From Camelus ferus (taxonomy: Eukaryota): a stretch of DNA of 64,000 bases. The DNA lies in the NCBI RefSeq assembly GCF_009834535.1, contig NC_045697.1, positions 114,082,001 to 114,146,000 of the forward strand, given 5' to 3'. The notes beneath the pieces are model-generated. The model saw nothing but the letters and a program-made list of their open reading frames with translations, had not been told where the DNA came from and ran no database searches. This document shows positions 26,444-37,777 of the stretch, one piece after another (the first letter of the stretch is position 1; every line of letters starts with the position of its first letter). The translations under genes and the position numbers were made by a program.

Positions 26444-27374
26444 TTTCCCGACTCTGGTTATCAAAATTGGAGGGAGGTTTCCTCCTTAGTACTCTAAGTT
26501 CCCTAAAACTATCACAAGTGGGAGTACTTTGCATTGTACTGAATTGCATTTTGAACACTTAAAAAAATCATTTTGAATACTTACTTTGTAGTAGACGTAA
26601 AACTGAGTGCTTTCCACATGTAAACTCATTTAATCTTCTTTATGACCTTATATAAGTTATATAAGTATAACATAACATATTATGTACATAGAGAATGAAG
26701 ACTTTCTCATTGCCAGTGAAGAAAGTGAGCCACAGTTTTGTTCACTGAATATTTTGAAATACTTTATTTTTCCATCCATTGACTATTCCCTCTAATTTTG
26801 TGCTATTTAAATTAATTGTATACTACTTCTAGTTTCTCCTACACATATTGTCAAAATATTTAACAGAATAGGGCCTGACCTAGGGACCAGGGACAGCTTT
26901 ACAGACATCATAGCTTCATTTGATATAAAATAATTATGCTCAAATCACTGTTCTTTGTCATGGTTATATTGGTGCAATTAAAACTACCATGAAAGATAAC
27001 ATTCAATAAGTAATACAAAAGATGAGGCATTTTAGAAAATTATTTCCTGAATTTGACTGCATGGCCAATAAGAGGATCCCCAAAGTATTATCTGGGGAGA
27101 ATTATCAGAGACTAGAGAAATAGGGAACGGCCACGCATGTAAGTTTTTGAGGCCATATTAAGGACACATGCATTTCTTATGGAGAAACCATTAAAGGGAG
27201 GACTCAAGGTGGTTGGGAAAAGATAGTAGGTACTGGGATTGGGGTTTCGTTTCATTGCTGAGTGGTGTAGAGGGTTTGGGATGGTGCCAGAGGAGAAGCT
27301 ATTAAACTACGAGAAGCCCAGGTGAGTGTGATGGTAACTGTGTTATCTGTCTTTGGTAATGAAGGGTCACGTAC

Positions 27375-28185
27375 GTAGAAGCTTAAAATGAAACACATTT
27401 CTATCTACTTTTTGACTCAGTTTCTGTGAGTCAGAAGTCAGGGCTAGGTTTCACTGGATCCTCTGACTCTGTATCTCTCTCGTGAAAGATCTGCTAATGA
27501 GACAGATGTCAGATCTTACAGTATCCTAATACATTCCCCACTTTCTGTTTTTACACTTCTTATTGAGGTATATTTGGTTTGCAATGTTGTGTTAGTTTGA
27601 AGTATACAGCAAGGTGATTCATATATATGTATATATGTTCTTTTTCAGATTCTTTTCCATTGTAAGTTTTTACAAGATATTGAATATAGTTCCCTGTGCT
27701 GTTTTATATGGAGTAGTGTGTATCTGTTAATCCTAAACTTAATTTATCCCTCCTCTCCCTTTTCCTCTTTGGTAAGCATAGTTTGTTTTCTAAGTCTGTG
27801 AGTCTGTTTCTGTTTTTTAAATAAGTTCATTTGTAACATTTTTGGGGGAATTCCACAAATAAGTGATGTCATATTTGTCTTTCTCTGTCTGATTTCACTT
27901 AATATTTAAGATAATCTCTAGGTCCATCCATGTTGCTGAAAATGGCTTTATTTCATTCTTTTTTATGGCTGAGTAGTATCCCATGGTATAAATACACCGC
28001 ATCTTGTTTATCCAGTCATCTGTCAATGGACACTTAGGTTGCTTCCTTACATTCTGTTGGCAAGAATCAAGTCACTGTTTCCTCCCACAATCACCCAGGG
28101 AGGGAGGGGCAGACAGGAGGTAGTATGCAAGTGATGAACACCAGCAGGCAGGGACCGCTGAGGAACCTGTAGTCTGTGCACCACG
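27375..28185 (-). mobile_element. MLT1 (MaLR) LTR split by an L1
   Basis: CTTAAAATGAAACACATTT...CAGTTTCTGTGAGTCAGAAGTCAGG on the left; CATTCTGTTGG...TGAACACCAGCAGGCAGGGA...CACCAC on the right. Confidence 0.6.
27555..28046 (-). mobile_element. L1 3' end, intermediate-age subfamily
   Basis: TTATTGAGGTATATTTGGTTTGCAATGTTGTGTTAG...TCTAGGTCCATCCATGTTGCTG...GGACACTTAGGTTGCTTCC. Confidence 0.92.
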
Positions 28186-28320
28186 TTAACTTTGAGTTGA
28201 TACAGCTACAAGTGATGGAAGACAGTATAGAAAGATTATTGAGATAATTAGAAAACATCATCAACTTACTAATGGTTGGATAAGGTAAGGGTGTGGGAAT
28301 GAGTTCAAGAATATTTAATA

Positions 28321-28804
28321 GTGTATATACAATATAATACTACTCAACCATAAAAATAATGAAATAATGCCATTTACAGAAACATGGATAGACTTAGAGA
28401 TTATCATATTAAGTGAAGTAAGTCAGACAGAGAAAGACAAATACAATATGATATCTTTTATATGTGGAATCTAAAAGAAAATGATACAACTTTTATTTAC
28501 AAACCAAAAATAGACTCACAGACGTAGAAAAAAACTGTGGTTACCAAAGAGGAAAGGGAGTGAGGGATAAATTAGGAGTTGGGGATTGATTAACAGATAC
28601 ACATTACTATGTATAAAATATATAAACAATAAGGACCTATTGTATAGCACAGAGAACTGTAATCAAAGTCTTATAGTAACATATAATGGGAAACAATGTG
28701 ATAAAATATATATATATATATGTGGATATGTGTATGTATAACTGAATCGCTTTTCTATGTACCTGAAACTAACATTGTAAATCAACTACACTTCAATAAA
28801 AAAT
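28321..28804 (+). mobile_element. L1 3' end, intermediate-age subfamily; host of the nested younger L1
   Basis: AATGAAATAATGCCATTTACAGAAACATGGATAGAC...AAATCAACTACACTTCAATAAAA; degenerate TSD AAGAATATTTAATA (28307-28320) and AAGAACACTTAACA (32075-32088). Confidence 0.92.
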
Positions 28805-28814
28805 AAAATTTATA

Positions 28815-31755
28815 CTAGGAGGGAAGTTTATAGCAATACAGGCCTTTCTCAAAAAAGAAGAACAATCTCAAATAAACAATTTAACCCACCAGCTAAAAGG
28901 ATTAGAAAAAGAAGAGCAAAAAACCCCAAAAGTCAGCAGAAGGAAGGAAATAAAGATCAGGGAGGAAATAAATAAAACAGAGATTTAAAAAACCATAGAA
29001 AAATCAAACAAAAATATGTTTTTTTGAAAGAGTAAAGAAAATCAACAAACCTCTGGCCAAACTCACAAAGAAGAAAAAAGAGAGAGCACAAATAAGCAAA
29101 ATAAGGAAGGAAAATGGAGAAATTACAACAAACAAAATAGAAATACAGAATATCATATGAGAATATTATGAAAAACTATATGGAACCAAACTGGATAACC
29201 TAGAGGAGATGGACAAGTTTCTGGAAACATACTGTCCACCAAGACTGAATCAAGAAGAAACTGACCATTTGAACAAACCAATCACTAGAAATGAAACCAA
29301 AATAGCAATAAAAAAATCTCCCTACAAATAAAAGTCCAGGACCGGACGGCTTCACCAGGGCATTCTACCAAACATACAAAGAAGAACACATACCAGTCCT
29401 TCTCAAACTCTTCCAGAAGATTGAAAAGGAGGGAATACTCCCAAACTCATTCTATGAAGACACCATCACCCTGATACCAAAACCAGGCAAAGACACTACC
29501 AAAAAAGAGAATTACAGACCAATATCACTGATGAACATAGATGCCAAAATCCTCACCAAAATATTAGCAAATAGAATCCAACAGCACATAAAAAAGATTA
29601 TACATCATGACCAAGTGGGGTTCATCCCAGGGACACAAGCGTGGTTCAACATACACAAATCAATCAATGTAATACATCATATCAACAAGAGAAAGGACAG
29701 AAACCACATGGTCATCTCAATAGATGCAGAAAAGCATTTGATGAAATTCAACACCCATTTATGATAAAAACTCTCACCAAAGTGGGTATAGAGGGAACAT
29801 ATCTCAACATAATAAAAGCTATATATGACAAGCCTAGAGCCAGCATAGTGCTCAACAGTGAAAAACTCAAAAGCTTCCCACTAAAATCTGAGACAAGGCA
29901 AGGCTGCCCACTCTCACCACTCCTAGTCAACATAGTCTTGGAAGTCCTAGCCACAGCAATCAGGCAAGAGAGAGAGATCAAAGGGATCCAAATTGGGAAA
30001 GAAGAGGTAAAAGTGTCACTATATGCAGATGACATGATATTATATACAGAAAACCCTAAAAGGTCTACAGGAAAACTACTAGAAATAATCGAAGAATTCA
30101 GCAAGGTAGTAGGTTACAAGATTAATGTTCAAAAATCAGTTGCATTTCTGTACACTAACGATGAATCAACAGAAAAAGAAAGTAAAGAAACAATCCCTTT
30201 TAAAATAGCACCCAAAGTAATAAAATACCTAGGAATAAAGCTAACCAAGGAGGTGGAAGACTTATACATGGAAAACTATAATACACTGATGAAGGAAATT
30301 AAAGAAGACTTAAAAAAATGGAAAGATATCCCATGCTCCTGGATTGTAAGAATCAACATTGTTAAAATGGTCACACTGCCCAAGGCAATCTACAGATTTA
30401 ATGCAATCCCTATCAAATTACCCAGGACATATTTCACAGAACTAGAACAAATCATATTAAAATTTATATGGAATCACAAAAGAACTAGAATTGCCATAGC
30501 ATTACTGAAGAAAAGATAGCGGCCAGAGGAATAACTCTCCCAGACTTCAGACAATACTATAAAGCTACAGTAATAAAAACAGCATGGTATTGGTACAAAA
30601 ACCGATCCATAGACCAATGGAACAGAATAGAGAGCCCAGAAATGGACCCACAAACTTTTGGTCAACTGATCTTCAACAAAGGAGGCAAGAATATACAATG
30701 GAATAAAGACAGTCTCGTCAGCAAATGGTGTTGGGAAAACTGGACAGCAGCATGTAAATCAATGAAGCTAGAACACTCCCTTACACCATAGACAAAAATA
30801 AACTCAAAATGGATCAAAGGTTTAAACATAAGACAAGATACAATAAACCTCCTAGAAGAAAATATAGGCAAAACATTATCTCACATACATCTCAAAAAGT
30901 TTCTCCTAGGGCAGTCTGCCCAAGCAATAGAAATAAAAACAAGAATAAACAAATGGGACCTAAATAAAATTACAAGATTCTGCACAGCAAAGGAAACCAT
31001 AAGCAAACAAAACGACAACCTATGGAATGGGAGAAAATTTTCGCAAATGAAACTGACAAAGGCTTGATCTCCAGAATATATAAGCAGCTCATATGACTCA
31101 ATAAAAAAAAGACAAAAAAACCCAATCCAAAAATGGGCAGAAGACCTAAACAACCAATTTTCCAAGGAAGAAAAACAAATGATCAATAGCCACATGAAAA
31201 AATGCTCAATATCACTAATTATCAGAGAAATGCAAATCAGAACTACAATGAGGTATCACCTCACACCAGTCAGAATGGCCATCATTCAAATGTCCACAAA
31301 TGGACAAATGCTGGAGAGACTGTGGAGAAAAGGGAACCCTCCTTCACTTCTGGTGGGAATGCAGTTTGGTGCAGCCACTGTGGAAAACAGTATGGAGATT
31401 CCTAAGAAGACTAGGAATAAATTTACCATATGACCCAATAATCCCACTCCTGGGCATATATCCAGAAGGAACCCTACTTCAAAATGACACCTGTGCCCCA
31501 ATGTTCATAGCAGCAATATTTACAATAGCCAAGACATGGAAACAGCCTAAATGTCCATCAACAGATGACTGGATAAAGAAGAAGTGGTATATTTATACAA
31601 TGGAATACTATTCAGCCATAAAAACCAACAACATAACGCCATTTGCAGCAACATGGATGTTCCTGGAGAATGTCATTCTAAGTGAAGTAAGCCATAAAGA
31701 GAAAGAAAAATGCCATATAAATCACTCATATGTGGAATCTAAAAAAAGAACATAA
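28815..31755 (+). pseudogene. Disrupted L1 ORF2p (reverse transcriptase and C-terminal Cys-rich domain)
   Basis: [74 protein letters not shown]; frameshift near 29730, TAG at 30517-30519, further frameshifts downstream. Confidence 0.97.
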
Positions 31756-32061
31756 ATACAAAACAGAAACCGACTCATAGACATAGAATACAAACTTGTT
31801 GTTGCCAAGGGGGAGGGGGGTTGGAAGGGACAGACTGGGAGTTCAAAATTTGTAGATACTGACAGGCATATGCAGAATAGATAAACAAGATTATACTGTA
31901 TAGCACAGGGAAATATATACAAGATCTTACGGTAGCTCACAGAGGAAAAAAAAAACATGAATGAATATATGTATGTTCATGTATAACTTAAAAATTGTGC
32001 TCTACACTGGAATTTGACACAACATTGTAAAATGACTGTAACTCAGTAAAAAAAGTGTTTA
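28815..32061 (+). mobile_element. Camelid L1, 3.25 kb 5'-truncated (lacks 5' UTR, ORF1 and endonuclease)
   Basis: Continuous ORF2 homology, then 3' UTR and A-rich tail; TSD AAAATTTATA at 28805-28814 and 32062-32071. Confidence 0.98.
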
Positions 32062-34287
32062 AAAATTTATAAAAAAGAACACTTAACAATGAATTGAAGG
32101 AAAGATGTTAGTATTTCTGAGATATAAACCAGTGTTTATATTATTGTTTATTTTTTTTTTTGTTTGAGACATGCACAGTTTATAACTAGGATTTTTGCCT
32201 TGTTTATGTCAATCGATAGACTGTGACTGATGTCTTTTTTGTTCTCATATTTAAACTCAGGAGATTTATAGTTTTCAGAAAATAAACCCATATTACTGAT
32301 TTAAATATTTTCCCCAAGACTTTTAAGCCAATCACGATGCTTATTCCATGTTTCTGGCCACCTTCTAATAGTATATTCATGTATGAGGATGGCTCCCTGG
32401 GCTCCTTACAGAGAGAAATTGTGAACATAATTAATAGGTACCTCTTAAATCATCCAGATTCTATGAAAAATGTTAGAACCCCTAAAAAGTAGCTTAGGAA
32501 TGCTTTAATGTGGGATTTGTCAAATTAACTTCTCATATCTTAAAGTAGAACTATATGAAGTTTCTGATATTTCACAGTTTATGATCTATTAAAAAGAGCA
32601 TTTTTAAAATGATGGACAATAAGTTATCAGATGCTATCTGATTTGAGAACACCACTCTGTTTTTCTCATGAGATCTCCAGTGTGAGTCCTTTTATATGAA
32701 TGAACATTAAAAAATAAACAAGCACTTTATATTTGCCATTGCTATTATGATATTATGGCAGTAATTGACATATGCATTAGTAGGAAATTATTATTGTTTC
32801 CGAGTAAAATAATTCACAGGCCCAGATGGAAAAGTCATTTCTTAACGATGAACCAACTCCCTTTTTATGTAATTGCATTGCTTACGGAGAGTACACGAAC
32901 GAAATAGAATCCTTGCCAGGTATTAATTCTAATTTCTACATGAGTCACTTGAATTTCATTGTTCAAATATAACTGAATCAGGCAGAGCTGCTTAGAATAT
33001 AAATTAATTTCCAATCATCTATTGAAATCATGTTGCTCTGTTTGCATTTCAGAGGCTCTATTCTGAATATTTCCATGCTTTCCTATGGGAATCTTATTTC
33101 TAATATTCTGATTGCAATGGCCTCGTTCTTAAACCAGGATTAAAATTTTGTGCCTTTTAGAAAACTTTCTGCTCAACATTCCAGCCTGAGAGAGCTTTTG
33201 TTCAGGATGGAAAAAACTCTTGTTTCTCACTGCACAGATGCCTTCTCCATAAGGCAATGTTTTGCTTTTTATTTCCTTTTTCATTCAATCTGGACACCAG
33301 ATTCCTGAAAGATAAACAATAGAATTTTAGGTGAATTAAGTATGTTTGAAAATGTGTGTCTTGAAAGAAACGCAACGTGCCATAATAAAACTTCAGTTGT
33401 CACCACAATGTTATATTTCAAAATATTATAGCTCAGAAATCTCTATTATTCTCCTTGCTCTTTTCTTCCTAAATCCAAATTCAGTGCTGTTTAGAATCAA
33501 TCAAGGTGTTTCCATATTGCAAAGGGTCCCTTACCATCCTGGAAAATGGTATTGATACAGTCAAGATCAATTTGCCAAATACAGAAGGCACCCTGTGATT
33601 GTCAATGCTTATTGTTTTTAAAATCTATTCTTAACCTTTCTGTTCCTACTACCATAATCCTACCCAAGTCCTCATCTTCTCCATCTGGACTGTTTTCATC
33701 ATACAAAACAATCTTTTATTTAATTCTTCTCCACTCAGAAAATATCTTCTACTTTAATGCAACTGTTCGTAATTTTTTTTTAATCACATAATTTTCCTGA
33801 ATTTCCATCGAATCCAGCTGAGATTTCTGAGCCTGGAACTCAAGACTGTGGTCCCCCCAACCTCTTCAGGTCATACTGGCTCTCTATCTCTCTTTCTCTT
33901 TTCCTGCATTGAATCTACACTCTATGAATATTAAAATTAAGCTAATTGCAGTTTTTTCAAACATATACCATCCCTTTTATGTCCTCTCTAATCCTCCCTC
34001 ATTTCCTCTGCATACATTATCATCACCTCCCATTCCTTTTTCACTTCTCCTATTTTTTTTGTTTTTCCTTAAGATTAGGCTCATAAGTCAACCTCATTAA
34101 AATAAAAAATTTTAAAAATGCCCTTACCCATCCTGAGACTAAGATTTCCTCTCCTGTCTCGTCTTTCCCTGTGGTATCCTACATTACATCTGTAATAGTA
34201 GGTGTTACCATTCTTTGTTGCTCTGGAAATAAAGGTTGCACCATTGTTATACACTTGGTTGTGTTTTAGAGTCAGTGAAATAGAGAA

Positions 34288-34605
34288 AGAAATGCAACTG
34301 ACTTTGTAACCTGCTACCTTGCTGAATTCTTCGATTATAGACATAGAATACAAAACGTGTGGTTGCCAAGGGGGCGGAGGGTGGGAAGGGACAGACTGGG
34401 ATTTCAAAATGTAGAATAGATAAACAAGATTATACTGTACAGCACAGGGAAATACATACAAGATCCTGTGGTTGCTCACAGTGAAAAAAATGTGACAATG
34501 AATATATGCATGTTCATGTATAACTGAAAAATTGTGCTCTACACTGGAATTGGACACAACATTGTAAAATGACTATAACTCAATAAAAAAAAGTTAAAAA
34601 AAAAG
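34288..34605 (+). mobile_element. Young L1 3' UTR with 51-bp inverted ORF2 piece at its 5' end
   Basis: TSD GAAATAGAGAA at 34277-34287 and 34606-34616; 34288-34338 is antisense ORF2 ([12 protein letters not shown]); 34339-34605 is sense 3' UTR plus tail. Confidence 0.95.
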
Positions 34606-35918
34606 GAAATAGAGAATGAGATTGTTTTAGACTTTGAGGAATACTCTATCACTGCATTTTCCTTCCCTTAGGCCTAACTTCCCACTCAGCAGGAAGTATA
34701 ATAACTCGATTTCTTCTAAAATGGAATATCTACATTAATATGTTGATCTCTCTGCTCCCTAACATATTCTGCTCTTTATCTTACTACAGTCTCGTTCCTT
34801 TCTAGGATTCTATAGACAGATTTCTGTCCTCACTTAGACAGTCTTGACTTTTATTTTTACCTTCTCCCCCAAAAGCTGAAGTCTGCAAACAAGTATCCTT
34901 GGTCCATCTGTCATTGACTGTTCATTTCTTTGGGCGCAGGGATCTATTATTTTTGGTCTTATTCTCTGCTCTTTGAACACACTGCTCTATAGACTATAAA
35001 CATAATCTCAATTATTTTAATTTTAGTCTGCATTCCAACTGGGTGACTCATGCCTACTCTAAGTTAGACTTTTATTATTAGGGAGAAGATATTTATAAGA
35101 TGTATTGATCGTTTCTGCAAACTTTCATTGAGTTATCATTGTCTCCATCAACAGCGCACCACGTCAGACTGTCCCTCTTTATGTCTTCAACTATATGCTA
35201 TTTTGCTACTTTGAAGTAAGTCCCCCAAGCAAATGTCATTCTTTCATCTCCTAGGGGCCAAGTATCTTGAAAGAACCAACTGTGATAGTCAATTGCACAT
35301 CTTCTATATTTATGACTTTAGTTCATTTCTCCCAGTGATAAATTTGGCCCAAATACATTAAAGTATATTCTTATAAATGTATTCCTTTCAAAAGAAATGC
35401 AAAATGAAAGGTACTTAGACATTTGTGAAACTGTATTATTGTATCTTTTTGGATTATAGAAGAAATGCTTGTCAAATTTGTGTAGATCACAAAATTCTGA
35501 TCAAAACCTTGGTAAATATTTTGTAATCTTAAACCTGTAAACGTCTTGGCCAAGATTTTTTGTAAGACCCAGTAAAATATGTTTGTTCCTACACTTGGGT
35601 AGACAAAACGGCTTGAGAAATGTAGGGAAGGGAAACAGAACAGTAAAGTATCAGAAAAAAAAGTATGAATTAAACTCACCCTCTCCTATAAATAGGCCAT
35701 ATGCCAGAATAGGTTAACTGATAACTACCTTCTTCCAGTTCTCACCATGGAGTACTTTCTTCATATATGTATGTGGCCCTATACTTTCAAATGATAAAGC
35801 CCCTACTCCTTCCCCCAATCTTAGAACTTGTACAGAGGATGCCAGTGATTGCAAAGCTTCACAGCCAATTCATAAGTTCCTGATCTTTACACACTTCTCT
35901 TGAAAAAGAGAAAGTCTG

Positions 35919-35970
35919 AGTGTGTGTGTGTTTTGTGTATGAGTGTGTGTGTGTGTATACATTGTGTGTG
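35919..35970. repeat. Imperfect (TG)n microsatellite
   Basis: Direct reading. Confidence 0.8.
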
Positions 35971-36965
35971 AGTTTTAGTGGGAAGCAAAATAATTGTCTT
36001 TGCTTATTTAAAGTCAGTTATGACAAGAAGGACTTTTCCTCTCTTTTAATGTCCAAAAGGATTACTAAGAAGAGGCTAAAGGAAATGCATTTGGCTCTAT
36101 AGAAACCAAATATTAGCTTTGAATAATGGAGATGCTAGAGACAGTCTTGGCAGGGAATTTGTGGTATTGCTTGTCACAACAGGTGTTCAAACATAGATGA
36201 ATGGTTGCTTGGCTAAGATGCTTTGAAGGAGATTAAAATATCAAATGAATGGTTGTCTTAGAATGTCTCTGAGGGTCCTTCTAAAGCCCAGATTACCTAC
36301 TTTTAATATCCTCTTCCCAAATGGATAGTCAGATATTCAGTGGGGAATTTCTGTTTGAAATACCTGCTGTGAGAAAAATCACAGATTTTCTTTTGAATTT
36401 CCCCTTATGTGTGCTCCACATATGAAGTAATGTAACTACTTGATTTATAAACACACTACTTTTCAACTATATGTGCTTTTGTCTCTTTTATAGACTATGT
36501 CACATATTTCAAGGGTGAGAATGATGAGAATGACACCTTTTCAAAAATATTGCATTTACCTTTTACACTTGTGTTTAATTTTTCCCACTTACTTAACTAA
36601 TAATGAAGGTATATTTCTTCCTTAACCTACTTTTCGGTAACATTTGTCTCAGACACTGAACTCTGTTTGCATCATTAATTTAACTCTAAGAACAATACAT
36701 TTTACAGATGAGGAAACTGACAGTCAGGGAAATAAACTAATTACCATATCTGCCAAACTCAAGAGAAATCAGGGTATTTTCAAAAATCAGAAATACATCA
36801 AACTTTTTTTTTTAATCAGTTCGGATATCCTTCAAACAAACAGCAGAGAAAGAAGCATTTTTTCCTTGAAACATTCATAAGCACAGAAGATGCTTAAAGG
36901 CAAACTCTTCCTTGGGAAAATTCTTCTGTTCAGCATAAAGTATTCTCATTATTAAGATTTCTCTT

Positions 36966-37091
36966 GGGGGGAGGATAAAGCTCAGTGGTAGAGCACCTGC
37001 TTAGCGTGCACGAGGTCCTGGGTTTATTCCCTGGTACCTCCATTAAAAATACATACATACATACATACATACATGTAGTTACCTCCCCCCA

Positions 37092-37122
<31 letters not shown>

Positions 37123-37160
37123 CGGCAAGCCTAACCTAATAAATTTTTTTTTAAAAGAAA
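36966..37160 (+). mobile_element. Vic-1-type tRNA-derived camelid SINE with (TACA)n and (CAAAA)n tail repeats
   Basis: GGGGGAGGATAAAGCTCAGTGGTAGAGC (A box)...GAGGTCCTGGGTTTATTCCC (B box)...TACCTCCATTAAAA...TTACCTCCCCCC; TSD AAGATTT(C/G)TCT at 36954-36964 and 37161-37171. Confidence 0.9.
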
Positions 37161-37284
37161 AAGATTTGTCTGGAAGACCTTTTTTTTAACAACTTTTTTT
37201 TCAGAACAGACACTTAAATAAGGAGGTTTTTTAAATCAGTTGCTTCCAGTGATTAACGGTTTTAAAAAAGAAAAGTCAAATTAG

Positions 37285-37753
37285 TGTAACCCAGCAGGAC
37301 CCTGTGGAGCCTTCCCAGGACAGACCTCCCCCGTGCCCTCTGCTGCAGCTCCTCTCTGAGGTGCCCTGATAATAGTATCTCACGCATATTTCCTGAGTGT
37401 TTCAGATGCTAAAAACCACCACCTGATGGAAGAAATGAACTACTTAATGGTGGAGAGCACGTGGCCCCCAGACCTCCTGGCGCCCAGGGGTTGATAGAGC
37501 TGACCACCCTGTTCCCTCTACATCAACCAGTCAGAATTGTGCACAAGGTGATCACGTACCCTGCGACCCCCGCCCCTCCCTCACCTGCCTTTAAATGGGC
37601 TTTGCTCAAACACTTCTGGGAGTTCAGGGTTTTGGGGGAGCATGAGTTACTTATTCTCTGTGCTCTGACCTGCAATAAACCTTTCTCTGCTCCAAACTCC
37701 AGTATTTCCATTTGTTTGACCTCACACGGCACATGAACTTGCCTTCGGTAACA
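37285..37753 (+). repeat. 5' LTR (469 bp)
   Basis: Begins TGTAAC and ends GGTAACA; TATA-like CCTTTAAAT near 37588; AATAAA at 37674-37679; 3' half aligns with 41610-41828. Confidence 0.88.
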
Positions 37754-37757
37754 ATTT

Positions 37758-37777
37758 TCATGAAGCCAGCAAAGGAG
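37758..37777 (+). promoter_or_regulatory. Degenerate primer binding site, probably tRNA-Arg type
   Basis: TCATGAAGCCAGCAAAGGAG lies just after the LTR and resembles TGGCGAGCCAGCCAGGAG, the complement of the tRNA-Arg(ACG) 3' end. Confidence 0.5.

Noticed and set aside
29641..30519. 292-aa reverse transcriptase ORF as an active or domesticated gene
   Set aside because: Bounded by a frameshift and a premature stop inside a 5'-truncated L1 with no promoter, ORF1 or endonuclease.
34370..34390. G-quadruplex motif GGGGGCGGAGGGTGGGAAGGG
   Set aside because: The G-rich tract is a well-known feature of L1 3' UTRs; not novel.
34081..34557. 158-aa minus-strand ORF containing [12 protein letters not shown]
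   Set aside because: Chance fusion of antisense L1 UTR, the inverted ORF2 fragment and flanking DNA.
36966..37045. tRNA gene
   Set aside because: A and B boxes are present but followed by SINE body, simple-repeat tail and TSD; acceptor stem not intact.
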